Shown: piece after piece, positions 48,563 to 57,430 of the stretch
Position numbering within the stretch: the first letter of the stretch is position 1
Layout: each line of letters starts with the position of its first letter
NCBI GenBank assembly: GCA_041650635.1
Contig: JBAZKV010000002.1
Span: 47,844-111,843 of the forward strand
Direction: 5' to 3'
Source: Candidatus Margulisiibacteriota bacterium
GTDB lineage: Bacteria; Margulisbacteria; WOR-1; JAKLHX01; JBAZKV01
Length of the DNA stretch: 64,000 nt
Translations under genes and position numbers: made by a program
Notes under the pieces: model-generated
The model's input: only the letters and a program-made list of their open reading frames with translations
Database searches by the model: none
Told to the model about the DNA's origin: nothing

Positions 48563-50118
48563 TTTCTTTTTTCCAGAAGAACGCACGGCTGTCTTGCTAT
48601 GATGACCGACAATTTCTTTTCGTTCAATCTTTGTTTGATAAGTTCTTCCAGCTTCTCCGTATCCTGGCAGGCAACCACATCAACATTATCGGCTCCGCAG
48701 GCCTTGCAAAGGTCTTCCAGTATCAGTTTTTTTGTAATCTTTCCTTTTAAAGTGATGCCGACCGCCGGATGCGGCTGATTGCCGGTCATAGCAGTGGTCC
48801 CGTTATCAAGAATGATAAGGACTGCGTTCGTTTTGTTATATGCCATGTCTATCAGCCCCGGAACACCGGAGTGGACAAAAGTCGAATCACCTATCACCCC
48901 AACTATTTTTTCACCTAGTATTTTTGAAAAACCCTCAAGAAAAGTCGCCCCGCTGCCCATGTCAAGCTGGGTATGGAGCGCTTCAAAAGGAGCGGAATAC
49001 GCCAGAGTATAACACCCGATATCTCCGGTGACCGTCACTTTTAATTTTTTCAGGATAGTAAACACATTTATATGAGGACATCCTGGACACAGGACGGGGC
49101 GTTTTTCTTTCTGCTCTCTGTATGGCTTTTCTTTTCCTTCTATTATCAAAGGGATGTATTCCGGCTTTAACTCCCCCAGGCAGAATGACTTATACTTTGA
49201 AATGGGCCTGATGCCCATGGCCGCGATCTGGTCCTGCATAAAGGGCTCAAGCTCTTCAACAACATAAATGACATCAACCGTTTCCGAGAACTTCCTGATC
49301 ATTTTTTTAGGAAGAGGGTTAGAAAGACCTATCTTAAGATAAGAAAAGTCGGGATACATCTCTTTGCAATAAAGATATGACACCCCGGTTGTTATTATTC
49401 CGGCCCGTTTGGAATTCATCTCGGCCCTGTTGAACTCAAAAGAATCGCTGAACTTTTCAAGCCTTGCCAGTTTTTCATGAAGTTCTTTATGCCTAACAGT
49501 GGCATTCTTAGGGACCATCACATATTTAGAGGCATCAACTTTAAACTTCTTATTGGGAACGTCTTTTCTGGTTGAAACATCAAAGTTCTCTTTGGTGTGG
49601 GCTATCCTGGTCGTTATCCTTATCATTACCGGCAGATCGTACTCTTCGCTCATCTCAAACGCTTCTTTTGTCATCATATAGGCTTCATAGGGGGAAGAAG
49701 GCTCAAGCATGGGAAGCCCGGCAAATCTGGCTATATACCTGTTATCCTGTTCGCTTTGGGAGGAATGAAGCCCCGGATCATCCGCCGAAACAACGACAAA
49801 ACCAGCATTTATTCCGGTATATGCGGATATCATGAGGGGATCCATCGCCACATTTATCCCGACATGCTTGGCAGCAAAAAGCGACCTCGCGCCTGCAATA
49901 GAAGCCGCAAGGGCTACTTCGTAAGCGATCTTCTCGTTAACGCTCCATTGGCTGTCAACTTCGTCAAATCCCGCAAGGTGTTCCAGTATCTCTGTGGCAG
50001 GTGTACCCGGGTAGGAAGCCGCAAATTTGAGCCCTGCTTCATATGCTCCGCGGGCAATGGCTTCGTCCCCCGAAAGAAAAACATTTTTGCGATTATTATG
50101 CGCGGCCATTTTTTTCAT
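48559..50118 (-). CDS. iorA: indolepyruvate:ferredoxin oxidoreductase alpha subunit
   Basis: 519 aa with TPP-binding GDIGCYTL...GDSTF motifs and C-terminal CxxCxxC 4Fe-4S motifs (CKACGADN...). Confidence 0.8.
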   Translation of the reverse strand: MKKMAAHNNRKNVFLSGDEAIARGAYEAGLKFAASYPGTPATEILEHLAGFDEVDSQWSVNEKIAYEVALAASIAGARSLFAAKHVGINVAMDPLMISAYTGINAGFVVVSADDPGLHSSQSEQDNRYIARFAGLPMLEPSSPYEAYMMTKEAFEMSEEYDLPVMIRITTRIAHTKENFDVSTRKDVPNKKFKVDASKYVMVPKNATVRHKELHEKLARLEKFSDSFEFNRAEMNSKRAGIITTGVSYLYCKEMYPDFSYLKIGLSNPLPKKMIRKFSETVDVIYVVEELEPFMQDQIAAMGIRPISKYKSFCLGELKPEYIPLIIEGKEKPYREQKEKRPVLCPGCPHINVFTILKKLKVTVTGDIGCYTLAYSAPFEALHTQLDMGSGATFLEGFSKILGEKIVGVIGDSTFVHSGVPGLIDMAYNKTNAVLIILDNGTTAMTGNQPHPAVGITLKGKITKKLILEDLCKACGADNVDVVACQDTEKLEELIKQRLNEKKLSVIIARQPCVLLEKRK

Positions 50119-50131
50119 TATACCGCAAAAC

Positions 50132-51280
50132 CTATGAGCGCAGATTGTCCAGCATCCTTGCCCTGTCGCAGCGGGAAAGTTTTGTTTTTTTAACGACTTT
50201 AGAGAAGAATTCTATCGTACTGTCATATGTGGGGCGGTCAACGGGATAAGGGGTAGCGTCCTTGCCGCCGTGAGCAAAAGAATATCTGGCGGGGTCCTCG
50301 TAAGAAGCATTGGCTCCGTAGATCACCTCCGACACCAGAGAGAGCGCTCTGATGGTCTTTGGCCCGACTCCTTCTTTTGATAGCAGTTCTTCATAGCTGG
50401 CGGGCTTTTCGTCGCACAGTTTGAACAGGATCTTTTCCAGATATTTGCTCTTTGAAAAATCCTCATTCTCTACCGGGTGATGCTCAAATTCCCTGTCCGG
50501 CAGTTTAAGCAGTGTTGTTTTTTCTCCCCTGTGTTTAAAGGAGACCATCTTAGAGTATTCGCTGTAATGCCTGCGAAGCAGTTCGATGTCTTTCATCAAA
50601 GTATTGAACCCTCCGCGCACAAGCTCCGTGCTAAGGGCCCTGTTCTTTGTGCTGTTTTTTGCTGTCAGGTCAAGGGCAGGAACTTTGACCTGGCTGGCGA
50701 TGCCGGAGTGCGGCTCGCATACCAGGTCTGTTATCTTTTCGGAATACCAGTGGTACCTGCGCGCGGTGGCATTCTGCGTGTTCATACCCTGCTGTACCAC
50801 CGCCCAGGCCCCGCCGCAGGAAAAGAAAAAAGCGTGGTGATATATCTGAAAGCCGTCCTGGATAAGAGAGCTGTCCACCTTGGCCGCCATCTTTGAGTTG
50901 TAGACCAGGTTCTCACCTCTTTTGTCAGGAAGGCTCAGGCGCTCCGCCCAGCTCCGTATCTCTTCCGGGGTCTTTCTGGAGGTTTTACCTTTGCCGCCGC
51001 AGATAAAAAGCCCGAGCCGTCCTTCCATACCTCTGATCGCTTCCTTCAGTGCGGCAGTGAGTATCGTGGTCAGCCCGGAAGCGTTCCAATCAAACGCAAG
51101 TACCGTGCCAAGCGACTGGAACCAGACGGGATCCCCTATCCTTTTTATGAACTCCCCGCTGCCGTGCTCCTCTATGATGACCTCCATCATCTCTCTTCCA
51201 AGGAGAACCATCCTGTCAAAGAGCCATTTGGGGCATTTTCCCGTATCAAGAGTAAAAGTGGCGATGCCGCGGTCGATCAT
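50132..51280 (-). CDS. DUF763-like protein
   Basis: 382 aa; the N-terminal ...TFTLDTGKCPKWLF resembles the DUF763 family's conserved start. Confidence 0.4.
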   Translation of the reverse strand: MIDRGIATFTLDTGKCPKWLFDRMVLLGREMMEVIIEEHGSGEFIKRIGDPVWFQSLGTVLAFDWNASGLTTILTAALKEAIRGMEGRLGLFICGGKGKTSRKTPEEIRSWAERLSLPDKRGENLVYNSKMAAKVDSSLIQDGFQIYHHAFFFSCGGAWAVVQQGMNTQNATARRYHWYSEKITDLVCEPHSGIASQVKVPALDLTAKNSTKNRALSTELVRGGFNTLMKDIELLRRHYSEYSKMVSFKHRGEKTTLLKLPDREFEHHPVENEDFSKSKYLEKILFKLCDEKPASYEELLSKEGVGPKTIRALSLVSEVIYGANASYEDPARYSFAHGGKDATPYPVDRPTYDSTIEFFSKVVKKTKLSRCDRARMLDNLRS

Positions 51281-51298
51281 TGGAGCTAAATTATAACA

Positions 51299-52486
51299 CT
51301 ATTCGGAAAGGTCAATATCAGGCATGCAAAAATGCGCGACACTTGCCGTCCTAAGCCCGTCGGCAAATTCGCGGCCTCTTTCTCCCCGTTCTGCCACAGC
51401 CCTTATTATTTCCTCCCGGCTTTGCAAAGGCAGCTCAGCGATCCTTCCAAAAACATTAAGGTAATCGGAGAGATCCAAAAGCCTCAAATTTCGCCTTTCT
51501 AGGCCTTCTAACTCAAGATAAGCGGCTCTGGCCGGTATATAGACAGGGGTATCTTCCTGCCAGGCAGGCCTGATAAACCTCTCTGCAGCCATAAAAGCGG
51601 TAAGGTCCGCGTACTCTTTCTGAATAGGTTCTCTGACGGCCATGGCATAAACTCCAGAATAGAGGTTATCCCGTTCTACGCTTCCAAGAGTCCCTGCGTA
51701 ATGCCTCACTATTTCTGGATTCCTCTGCAAAATGGCAGAAAGCTCATGCGCCGCGTCCCAGGGAGTCTGCCCCCCGCCAGAATAAGACAGCAGGCTTGAC
51801 AGAGTATCTGCGGCTCTTTCCCCTTTTGAGTCAGAAAGCCTTTCCCGTAAAGCGGATAATCCCCTAAAAGCATAGGCAGGAGCGAATTTTGCCGACAGCA
51901 TCAGCCCGGCCAATGCTCCTCCTCCCACAATATAGGGGTCCTGGCCAAAAATGCCTGCCAGGCCCGCCCCGGCTCCCAATCCCAAAAAACCTGACATTCT
52001 GGTTATCGAGCTCTTTAGTTTGGTGTCCGACCAGCCGTTCGCAAATCTCGGAGTATCAAATAAAAGCCCGAAATTATTCTCGTTAAAAAGGTTCTCTCTA
52101 ATTTCCGATGCCGCCGGTCCTATTATTTCTACCTCGGCGCCCCGCCCCCCGAGAAGAAAAGGAAGTTCCCAGGGGCTTCTGCAGACAGCGGCATATACGG
52201 AATAAGTCAGCTCTCTTTCCGAGACATTATAAGCAGCGACCTTAACCACCCCTGACCTTTCAAGACAACCGGCCAGTTTTGGAAAAGCCGAGATCCCGCC
52301 GACCTGATGTTCAAGCATCAGTCTCCCGTTCTCGGCATGGAAGGCCATCGGCATCTGCCTGCTGACATCCGAAAACTGCCTCAGGAACCTTAGAGCTCCT
52401 GCCGGCGGATCGGCGGTATACCTATCAGCCTGCCCGGCCGTAACAATGCGTAAAGAAGGGTTCACCGATATCTTTATAAAACTCAT
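51299..52486 (-). CDS. hypothetical protein
   Basis: 395-aa ORF co-oriented with and just upstream of the DUF763 gene; it has a glycine-rich segment (GLGAGAGLAGIFG) and no other recognisable motif. Confidence 0.4.
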   Translation of the reverse strand: MSFIKISVNPSLRIVTAGQADRYTADPPAGALRFLRQFSDVSRQMPMAFHAENGRLMLEHQVGGISAFPKLAGCLERSGVVKVAAYNVSERELTYSVYAAVCRSPWELPFLLGGRGAEVEIIGPAASEIRENLFNENNFGLLFDTPRFANGWSDTKLKSSITRMSGFLGLGAGAGLAGIFGQDPYIVGGGALAGLMLSAKFAPAYAFRGLSALRERLSDSKGERAADTLSSLLSYSGGGQTPWDAAHELSAILQRNPEIVRHYAGTLGSVERDNLYSGVYAMAVREPIQKEYADLTAFMAAERFIRPAWQEDTPVYIPARAAYLELEGLERRNLRLLDLSDYLNVFGRIAELPLQSREEIIRAVAERGERGREFADGLRTASVAHFCMPDIDLSE

Positions 52487-52599
52487 AGAGGTCTCCTTTT
52501 GCTGAATGAGCGGACATCAGTTTATCGATAAAACACCGGCAGGATTTCACCAAGCTCAATAAGAGAACCTATTGTTTGACACGGATGCGTAAGTTTTGA

Positions 52600-52986
52600 C
52601 TACTTTTTTATGTTCGCCTCGACCGCTTTCAGGAGTTCATCGGGCTTTATAGGTTTTTCCAGAAGCGCTGCTACCGGCAGATAGTCCGGGTCCGGCTCAA
52701 AACCAAAAGGAAGGTTCATGTCCTTTCTGATACCGGTTATCATGATGACCGGCAGGTCCCTTGTAGAGGCCTCATTCTTGAGGTTCTTTGCAAGATCAAA
52801 GCCTTCGGTCTTACTTGACATCATGACATCAAGCAGCATGAGGTCCGGCTTTTCTTCTTTGGCTTTTGCAAGGCCTTCCGTTCCGTTGGAGGCCGAGACA
52901 ACGCTATAGCCTTTTGATTCAAGTATCGAAGCCATAGCCTCGACAAAATCCATATCATCATCAACTATCAATATTTTCCCTGCCAT
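52600..52986 (-). CDS. single-domain response regulator (CheY-like receiver)
   Basis: ILIVDDDMDFVEAM...LMLLDVMM with the phospho-acceptor Asp context; 128 aa. Confidence 0.8.
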   Translation of the reverse strand: MAGKILIVDDDMDFVEAMASILESKGYSVVSASNGTEGLAKAKEEKPDLMLLDVMMSSKTEGFDLAKNLKNEASTRDLPVIMITGIRKDMNLPFGFEPDPDYLPVAALLEKPIKPDELLKAVEANIKK

Positions 52987-53032
52987 TATTAGTCTCCTTT
53001 CGGGATTATATCATACGGCCCAAAGGCCGCGC

Positions 53033-53494
53033 CTATTTTTTGCGGTAGCTCCTGATTATCTCTTTTATCTTTTTTGGCGTCAGTTCACCGTAGATCTTAT
53101 CGTCTATCATGACGACAGGGGCGATCCCGCAGGCCCCCAGACACCTTGCCTCGGCAAGCGAAAAGAGGTTGTCCTCGGTGGTGCCGCCCACCCCTATTTT
53201 GAGCTCTTCCTTGATCGCGTTTAGAACATCATCTGCGCCTTTGACATAACAGGCGGTGCCCAGACAGACGGAGATAACATGTTTGCCTTTTGGCTTAAGG
53301 TTAAAGTAATGGTAAAAGGTCGCCACCCCCCAGATATGGGCGGTGGGAATGTTCATGGAATCGGCCACTTCGTCCATTACCGACCTGTCAAGGTAGCCGA
53401 ACAGTTCCTGGGCTTTATGCAGTATCGCTATAAGATAGGATTCCGGGTTTTCTTTCTTCTTTACCTGCTCTATGTATTCTTTTAGTCTTTCCAT
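53033..53494 (-). CDS. NuoE-like [2Fe-2S] subunit of bifurcating hydrogenase (HydC-type)
   Basis: CLGTACYVKGADDV...CLGACGIAPVVMID, a thioredoxin-like [2Fe-2S] ferredoxin motif. Confidence 0.75.
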   Translation of the reverse strand: MERLKEYIEQVKKKENPESYLIAILHKAQELFGYLDRSVMDEVADSMNIPTAHIWGVATFYHYFNLKPKGKHVISVCLGTACYVKGADDVLNAIKEELKIGVGGTTEDNLFSLAEARCLGACGIAPVVMIDDKIYGELTPKKIKEIIRSYRKK

Positions 53495-53495
53495 T

Positions 53496-55268
53496 TTATC
53501 TTGCCTTTATGTTGCGGCTTATTATGCCTCTCGGCTCCTTTTTGGCATAATGAGTATGCAGAAGTTTGTGCGCCATAGGAGAAAGCGGCCTTCCGAGAAA
53601 ATCCTTATAGACCCTTTGTATGTCAGGATTTTCATGGCTCCGTCTTATCGTCTTGTTCCTGTCAAGGTCATAAAGCGCCTGCGCTCTTTTTGCCAGACAG
53701 GCTTCGTCAAGCGGGATTGAGTTGATACCTGAATAAGGCTGTCCTCCCCCGCCTATGCAACCACCGGGGCATCCCATTATTTCTATAAAATGGAACCTGT
53801 CGGGCTCTTTTCTGGCAATATCAAGAAGATCTGCGGCATTGCCCAGCCCGTGGGCCACCGCTACTCTTATTTCCTTGCCGTCCATCATGAGTTTTCCTTC
53901 TTTGATCCCTTTCATTCCCCTTATGCCATCCACTTCTATATTGACGAGAGTCTCCCCGGTATAAAGCTCATAGGCGGTCCTGATGGCGGCTTCCATAACC
54001 CCGCCGGTGGTCCCGAATATCGCGCCCGCTCCGGAAGAAAGGCCCAGAGGAGCGTCAAATTCCTCTCCTTTAATATTGACTAGGTCTATGCCCACGGATT
54101 TTATCATCCAGGCAGCTTCTCTGGTGGTGATGACCGTATCAACCCCTCTAAGACCGTCAACAACCAATTCAGGTCTGGCCGATTCATACTTTTTAGCCGT
54201 ACAGCACATTACTGCAACGCTGAAGACCTCTTTTGGTTCTCTTTTAAGTTTTGCGGGAAAATAGGTCTTAAGCAGGGCTCCCATCATTGACATTGGCGAC
54301 TTGCAAGTAGAAATGTTATCTATAAGATCAGGGTGGAACTGTTCCATGCATTTCATCCAAGCGGCGGAACAGGAAGTTATCATAGGCAGTTTGCCTTTGC
54401 CCTGGAGCCTTTCAAGGAATTCGCTTGCTTCCTCCATTATCGTAAGGTCGGCTCCGAACTGGGTGTCAAAAACATAGTCAAAGCCCAGCTTGCGCATTGC
54501 CGCGGCCAGTTGTTTTTCCATGTTGGTCCCGGGCGGCAGCCCAAAAGCCTCTCCAATGGCAGCCCTTACCGAGGGCGCTATCTGCACCGCTTTCAGAAGA
54601 GATTTGTCGTCAAGCTTTTCAAAAACATCCTGCGTATAGTTCTTTTCCACAAATGCGGCCGTGGGACAGACATTTATGCACTGCCCGCAGGCGGTGCAGA
54701 CCGTTTCGGTAAAAGGCAGGTCGTAAGCGGGCATGACAACGGTCTTAAAGCCTCTGTGCGCGTGTCCTAAGGCGCTCACCTTTTGCAGTTCGGAGCAGAT
54801 GCGCACGCACCTGCCGCAAAGGATGCACTTGTTGGGGTCCCTTACAACTGAAGTCGAAGAAACATCTTTCTGGTATTTCTTTCTCTCGCCCTCAAAATGC
54901 CTTTTCTTTATCCCCATAGAGTAGGCAAGCCTCTGCAATTCACAGTTGCTGTCCCTTTCGCAGGTGTGGCAGTCCTGCGGATGGTTGTCCAGGATAAGCT
55001 CCACTATATCCCTTCTTGCCCTGCGCAGTTCCTTTGTTTCGGTATAGATCTTCATCCCGTCGGCGACAGGGAAAGAGCAAGAGGCCACATAATTTTTCTG
55101 TCCATAGACCTCAACAATACAGACCCGGCAGGCCCCTTCTATGGAAAGCCTCGGATGGTAGCAGAGCCTCGGTATTTTGAACCCGACCGTATCGGCAGCC
55201 TGCATTATGGTCTGGTTGTCTTCAACCTCATACGGTTTGTCGTTAATAAAAACTTTTATCTTTGCCAT
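53496..55268 (-). CDS. hydA: [FeFe]-hydrogenase catalytic subunit (HydA-type) with N-terminal 2Fe-2S and 4Fe-4S ferredoxin domains
   Basis: H-cluster motifs L2 VMCCTAKKYE and L3 EIMGCPGGCIGGGGQP are present. L1 reads ITSCSAAW instead of the canonical TSCCPGW. Confidence 0.75.
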   Translation of the reverse strand: MAKIKVFINDKPYEVEDNQTIMQAADTVGFKIPRLCYHPRLSIEGACRVCIVEVYGQKNYVASCSFPVADGMKIYTETKELRRARRDIVELILDNHPQDCHTCERDSNCELQRLAYSMGIKKRHFEGERKKYQKDVSSTSVVRDPNKCILCGRCVRICSELQKVSALGHAHRGFKTVVMPAYDLPFTETVCTACGQCINVCPTAAFVEKNYTQDVFEKLDDKSLLKAVQIAPSVRAAIGEAFGLPPGTNMEKQLAAAMRKLGFDYVFDTQFGADLTIMEEASEFLERLQGKGKLPMITSCSAAWMKCMEQFHPDLIDNISTCKSPMSMMGALLKTYFPAKLKREPKEVFSVAVMCCTAKKYESARPELVVDGLRGVDTVITTREAAWMIKSVGIDLVNIKGEEFDAPLGLSSGAGAIFGTTGGVMEAAIRTAYELYTGETLVNIEVDGIRGMKGIKEGKLMMDGKEIRVAVAHGLGNAADLLDIARKEPDRFHFIEIMGCPGGCIGGGGQPYSGINSIPLDEACLAKRAQALYDLDRNKTIRRSHENPDIQRVYKDFLGRPLSPMAHKLLHTHYAKKEPRGIISRNIKAR

Positions 55269-55272
55269 TACC

Positions 55273-57063
55273 TTATGTCCTGTCTATCGCACTAAATTTG
55301 CAGATCTTGTAGCACTGCCCGCATTTTATGCAGAGGCTCTGGTCTATCTCGTGCCTGTTTTTTGGGCTGCCCGATATAGCATTGACCGGACAGGCCCTGC
55401 GGCAGGCCCCGCAGCCCGTGCATTTTTCGTTTATCGTATAGTTCATCATGTAAGTGCAGACCCTGGCCCTGCATTTTTTGTCCCTGATATGCTCTTCATA
55501 CTCAGCCCTGAAGTTTTTTATGGTGCTCAGTACCGGATTGGGAGCGTTCTGCCCCAGTCCGCAGAGCGAGGCCTTTGTTATCATGGTGCCAAGCCTCTCA
55601 AGTTTTTCAATATCGCCTTCCTGCCCTTTGCCCTCCGTTATTCTGGTCAGTATTTCAAGCATCCTCTTGGTGCCTTCGCGGCACGGAGTGCACTTGCCGC
55701 AGGATTCGTTCTGGGTAAATTCAAGGAAGTATTTTGCTATATTGACCATGCAGCTGTTCTCGTCTATAACTATCATGCCGCCCGAACCCATGATGGAGCC
55801 GGCTTTCTGCAGCGACTCGTAATCTATGGGCGTGTCCAGGAATTCTTCGGGAAGACAGCCTCCGGACGGGCCTCCCGTCTGAACCGCCTTGAACTTTTTG
55901 TTGCCGGGGATGCCTCCTCCGATATCGTAGATGATCTGCCTTAAAGTTGTCCCCATCGGGACCTCTACCAGCCCTGTGTTCTTTATGTTGCCCGCAAGCG
56001 CGAACACCTTTGTGCCTTTGCTTTTGCCCACGCCTATCGAAGAGAACCAGTCGGCCCCGTCAAGGATTATCACCGGGATATTGGACCAGGTCTCCACATT
56101 ATTGATGCAGGTCGGTTTTCCAAAAAGTCCCTCAACAGAAGGATACGGCGGCCTGGGCCTGGGCATTCCGCGCGAGCCCTCTATCGAATGCATGAGTGCG
56201 GTTTCTTCGCCGCAGACAAAGGCTCCCGCCCCGAGCCGTATCTCTACATCAAAAGAAAATCCCGAGCCCAGTATGTTCTTCCCTAGAAAGCCTTCCTGAT
56301 ATGCCTGTTCTATTGCTTTTTCTATTCTTTTTATCGCAAGAGGGTATTCTGCCCTGATGTAGATAATGCCTTTTGTGGCGCCTATAGCATATCCGCCTAT
56401 TATTATCCCTTCAAGAACGCTGTGGGGATCGCCCTCTATCATGCTCCTGTCCATGAACGCTCCCGGATCGCCTTCGTCCGCATTGCAGATGACATACTTG
56501 ATGTCGTTCTTTTGCCTGGCGGTAAGTTCCCACTTTATGCCGGTGGGAAATCCTGCTCCCCCGCGTCCCCGCAGCCCGGATTTTCTGACTTCCGCAACCA
56601 CTTCCTCGCTTTTCATGTCGGTCAGCACCTTTGCCAAGGCTTCATATCCGCGCACCGAAAGATAATCGTCAATATTTTCCGGGTCTATAACCCCGCAGTT
56701 GCGCAGCGCTATCCTCATCTGCCGCCCAAAAAAGTTAACATCCCCAAAAACCCTGAAGAACCTGTTATAAAGATGGTCTGTCTGGATAGTAAGCTCTGCC
56801 ACGGGCTTTTTGAGGATGATATGCTCATCAAATATCTTCTTAACATCCTCGGGCTTGAGGTTGCCGTAGACCGTATAACCCGGATTAACGATGAGGATCG
56901 GCCCCTTTGAACACATTCCCAGACAGCCGGAAAGGTTAAAAGTCACCTTTCCCGAAAGCCCTCTGGCTTCTATCTCTTTTTCGATCAGTTCCTTGATCTT
57001 TTTAGATTCTTTTTGGATGCACGAAGTCCCGTCGCACAAGGTTAGATTGAATTTTCTCGCCAT
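55273..57063 (-). CDS. NuoF-like NAD(P)H/FMN-binding subunit (HydB-type) with C-terminal 2x[4Fe-4S]
   Basis: NADH-binding GAGFPTGIKWE region; SLBB and 4Fe-4S motifs (CGKCTPCREG); C-terminal CTGCGACRRACP and CIKCGQCYKICK. Confidence 0.8.
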   Translation of the reverse strand: MARKFNLTLCDGTSCIQKESKKIKELIEKEIEARGLSGKVTFNLSGCLGMCSKGPILIVNPGYTVYGNLKPEDVKKIFDEHIILKKPVAELTIQTDHLYNRFFRVFGDVNFFGRQMRIALRNCGVIDPENIDDYLSVRGYEALAKVLTDMKSEEVVAEVRKSGLRGRGGAGFPTGIKWELTARQKNDIKYVICNADEGDPGAFMDRSMIEGDPHSVLEGIIIGGYAIGATKGIIYIRAEYPLAIKRIEKAIEQAYQEGFLGKNILGSGFSFDVEIRLGAGAFVCGEETALMHSIEGSRGMPRPRPPYPSVEGLFGKPTCINNVETWSNIPVIILDGADWFSSIGVGKSKGTKVFALAGNIKNTGLVEVPMGTTLRQIIYDIGGGIPGNKKFKAVQTGGPSGGCLPEEFLDTPIDYESLQKAGSIMGSGGMIVIDENSCMVNIAKYFLEFTQNESCGKCTPCREGTKRMLEILTRITEGKGQEGDIEKLERLGTMITKASLCGLGQNAPNPVLSTIKNFRAEYEEHIRDKKCRARVCTYMMNYTINEKCTGCGACRRACPVNAISGSPKNRHEIDQSLCIKCGQCYKICKFSAIDRT

Positions 57064-57420
57064 TTATTTGATCACCCATTCGCTGATAACTTCCCCGCCC
57101 TTTATGTGACGCTCGATTATTTCTTTTGCCCTCTCGGCCGTCACCTTTCCGTATTTTACGGGGATCTTTCCTTCTTCCACCACTTCTACGGTGGGTTCAA
57201 GGTTGCATCTGCCGGCGCAGCCCTTCTGGCTCAGGTACATGTCAAGCTGCCCTTTTGAAGCCGCGTTTTTAAAGATCTCCATAACTTCTTTAGACCCTGC
57301 CGCTATCTCGCAGGTCGCCATCCCGACATAGACCCTTTTTGTGGAAAGGAAACCCTTGCCAACTATCCTGTTTATGGCTTCCGCCCTTTTCTTTTTTACT
57401 ATTTCGATCGGAGTCGCCAT
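57064..57420 (-). CDS. thioredoxin-like [2Fe-2S] ferredoxin
   Basis: 118 aa with CEIAAGS...GCAGRCNLEPTV cysteine pattern. Confidence 0.6.
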   Translation of the reverse strand: MATPIEIVKKKRAEAINRIVGKGFLSTKRVYVGMATCEIAAGSKEVMEIFKNAASKGQLDMYLSQKGCAGRCNLEPTVEVVEEGKIPVKYGKVTAERAKEIIERHIKGGEVISEWVIK

Positions 57421-57430
57421 CTGGCCTCCT

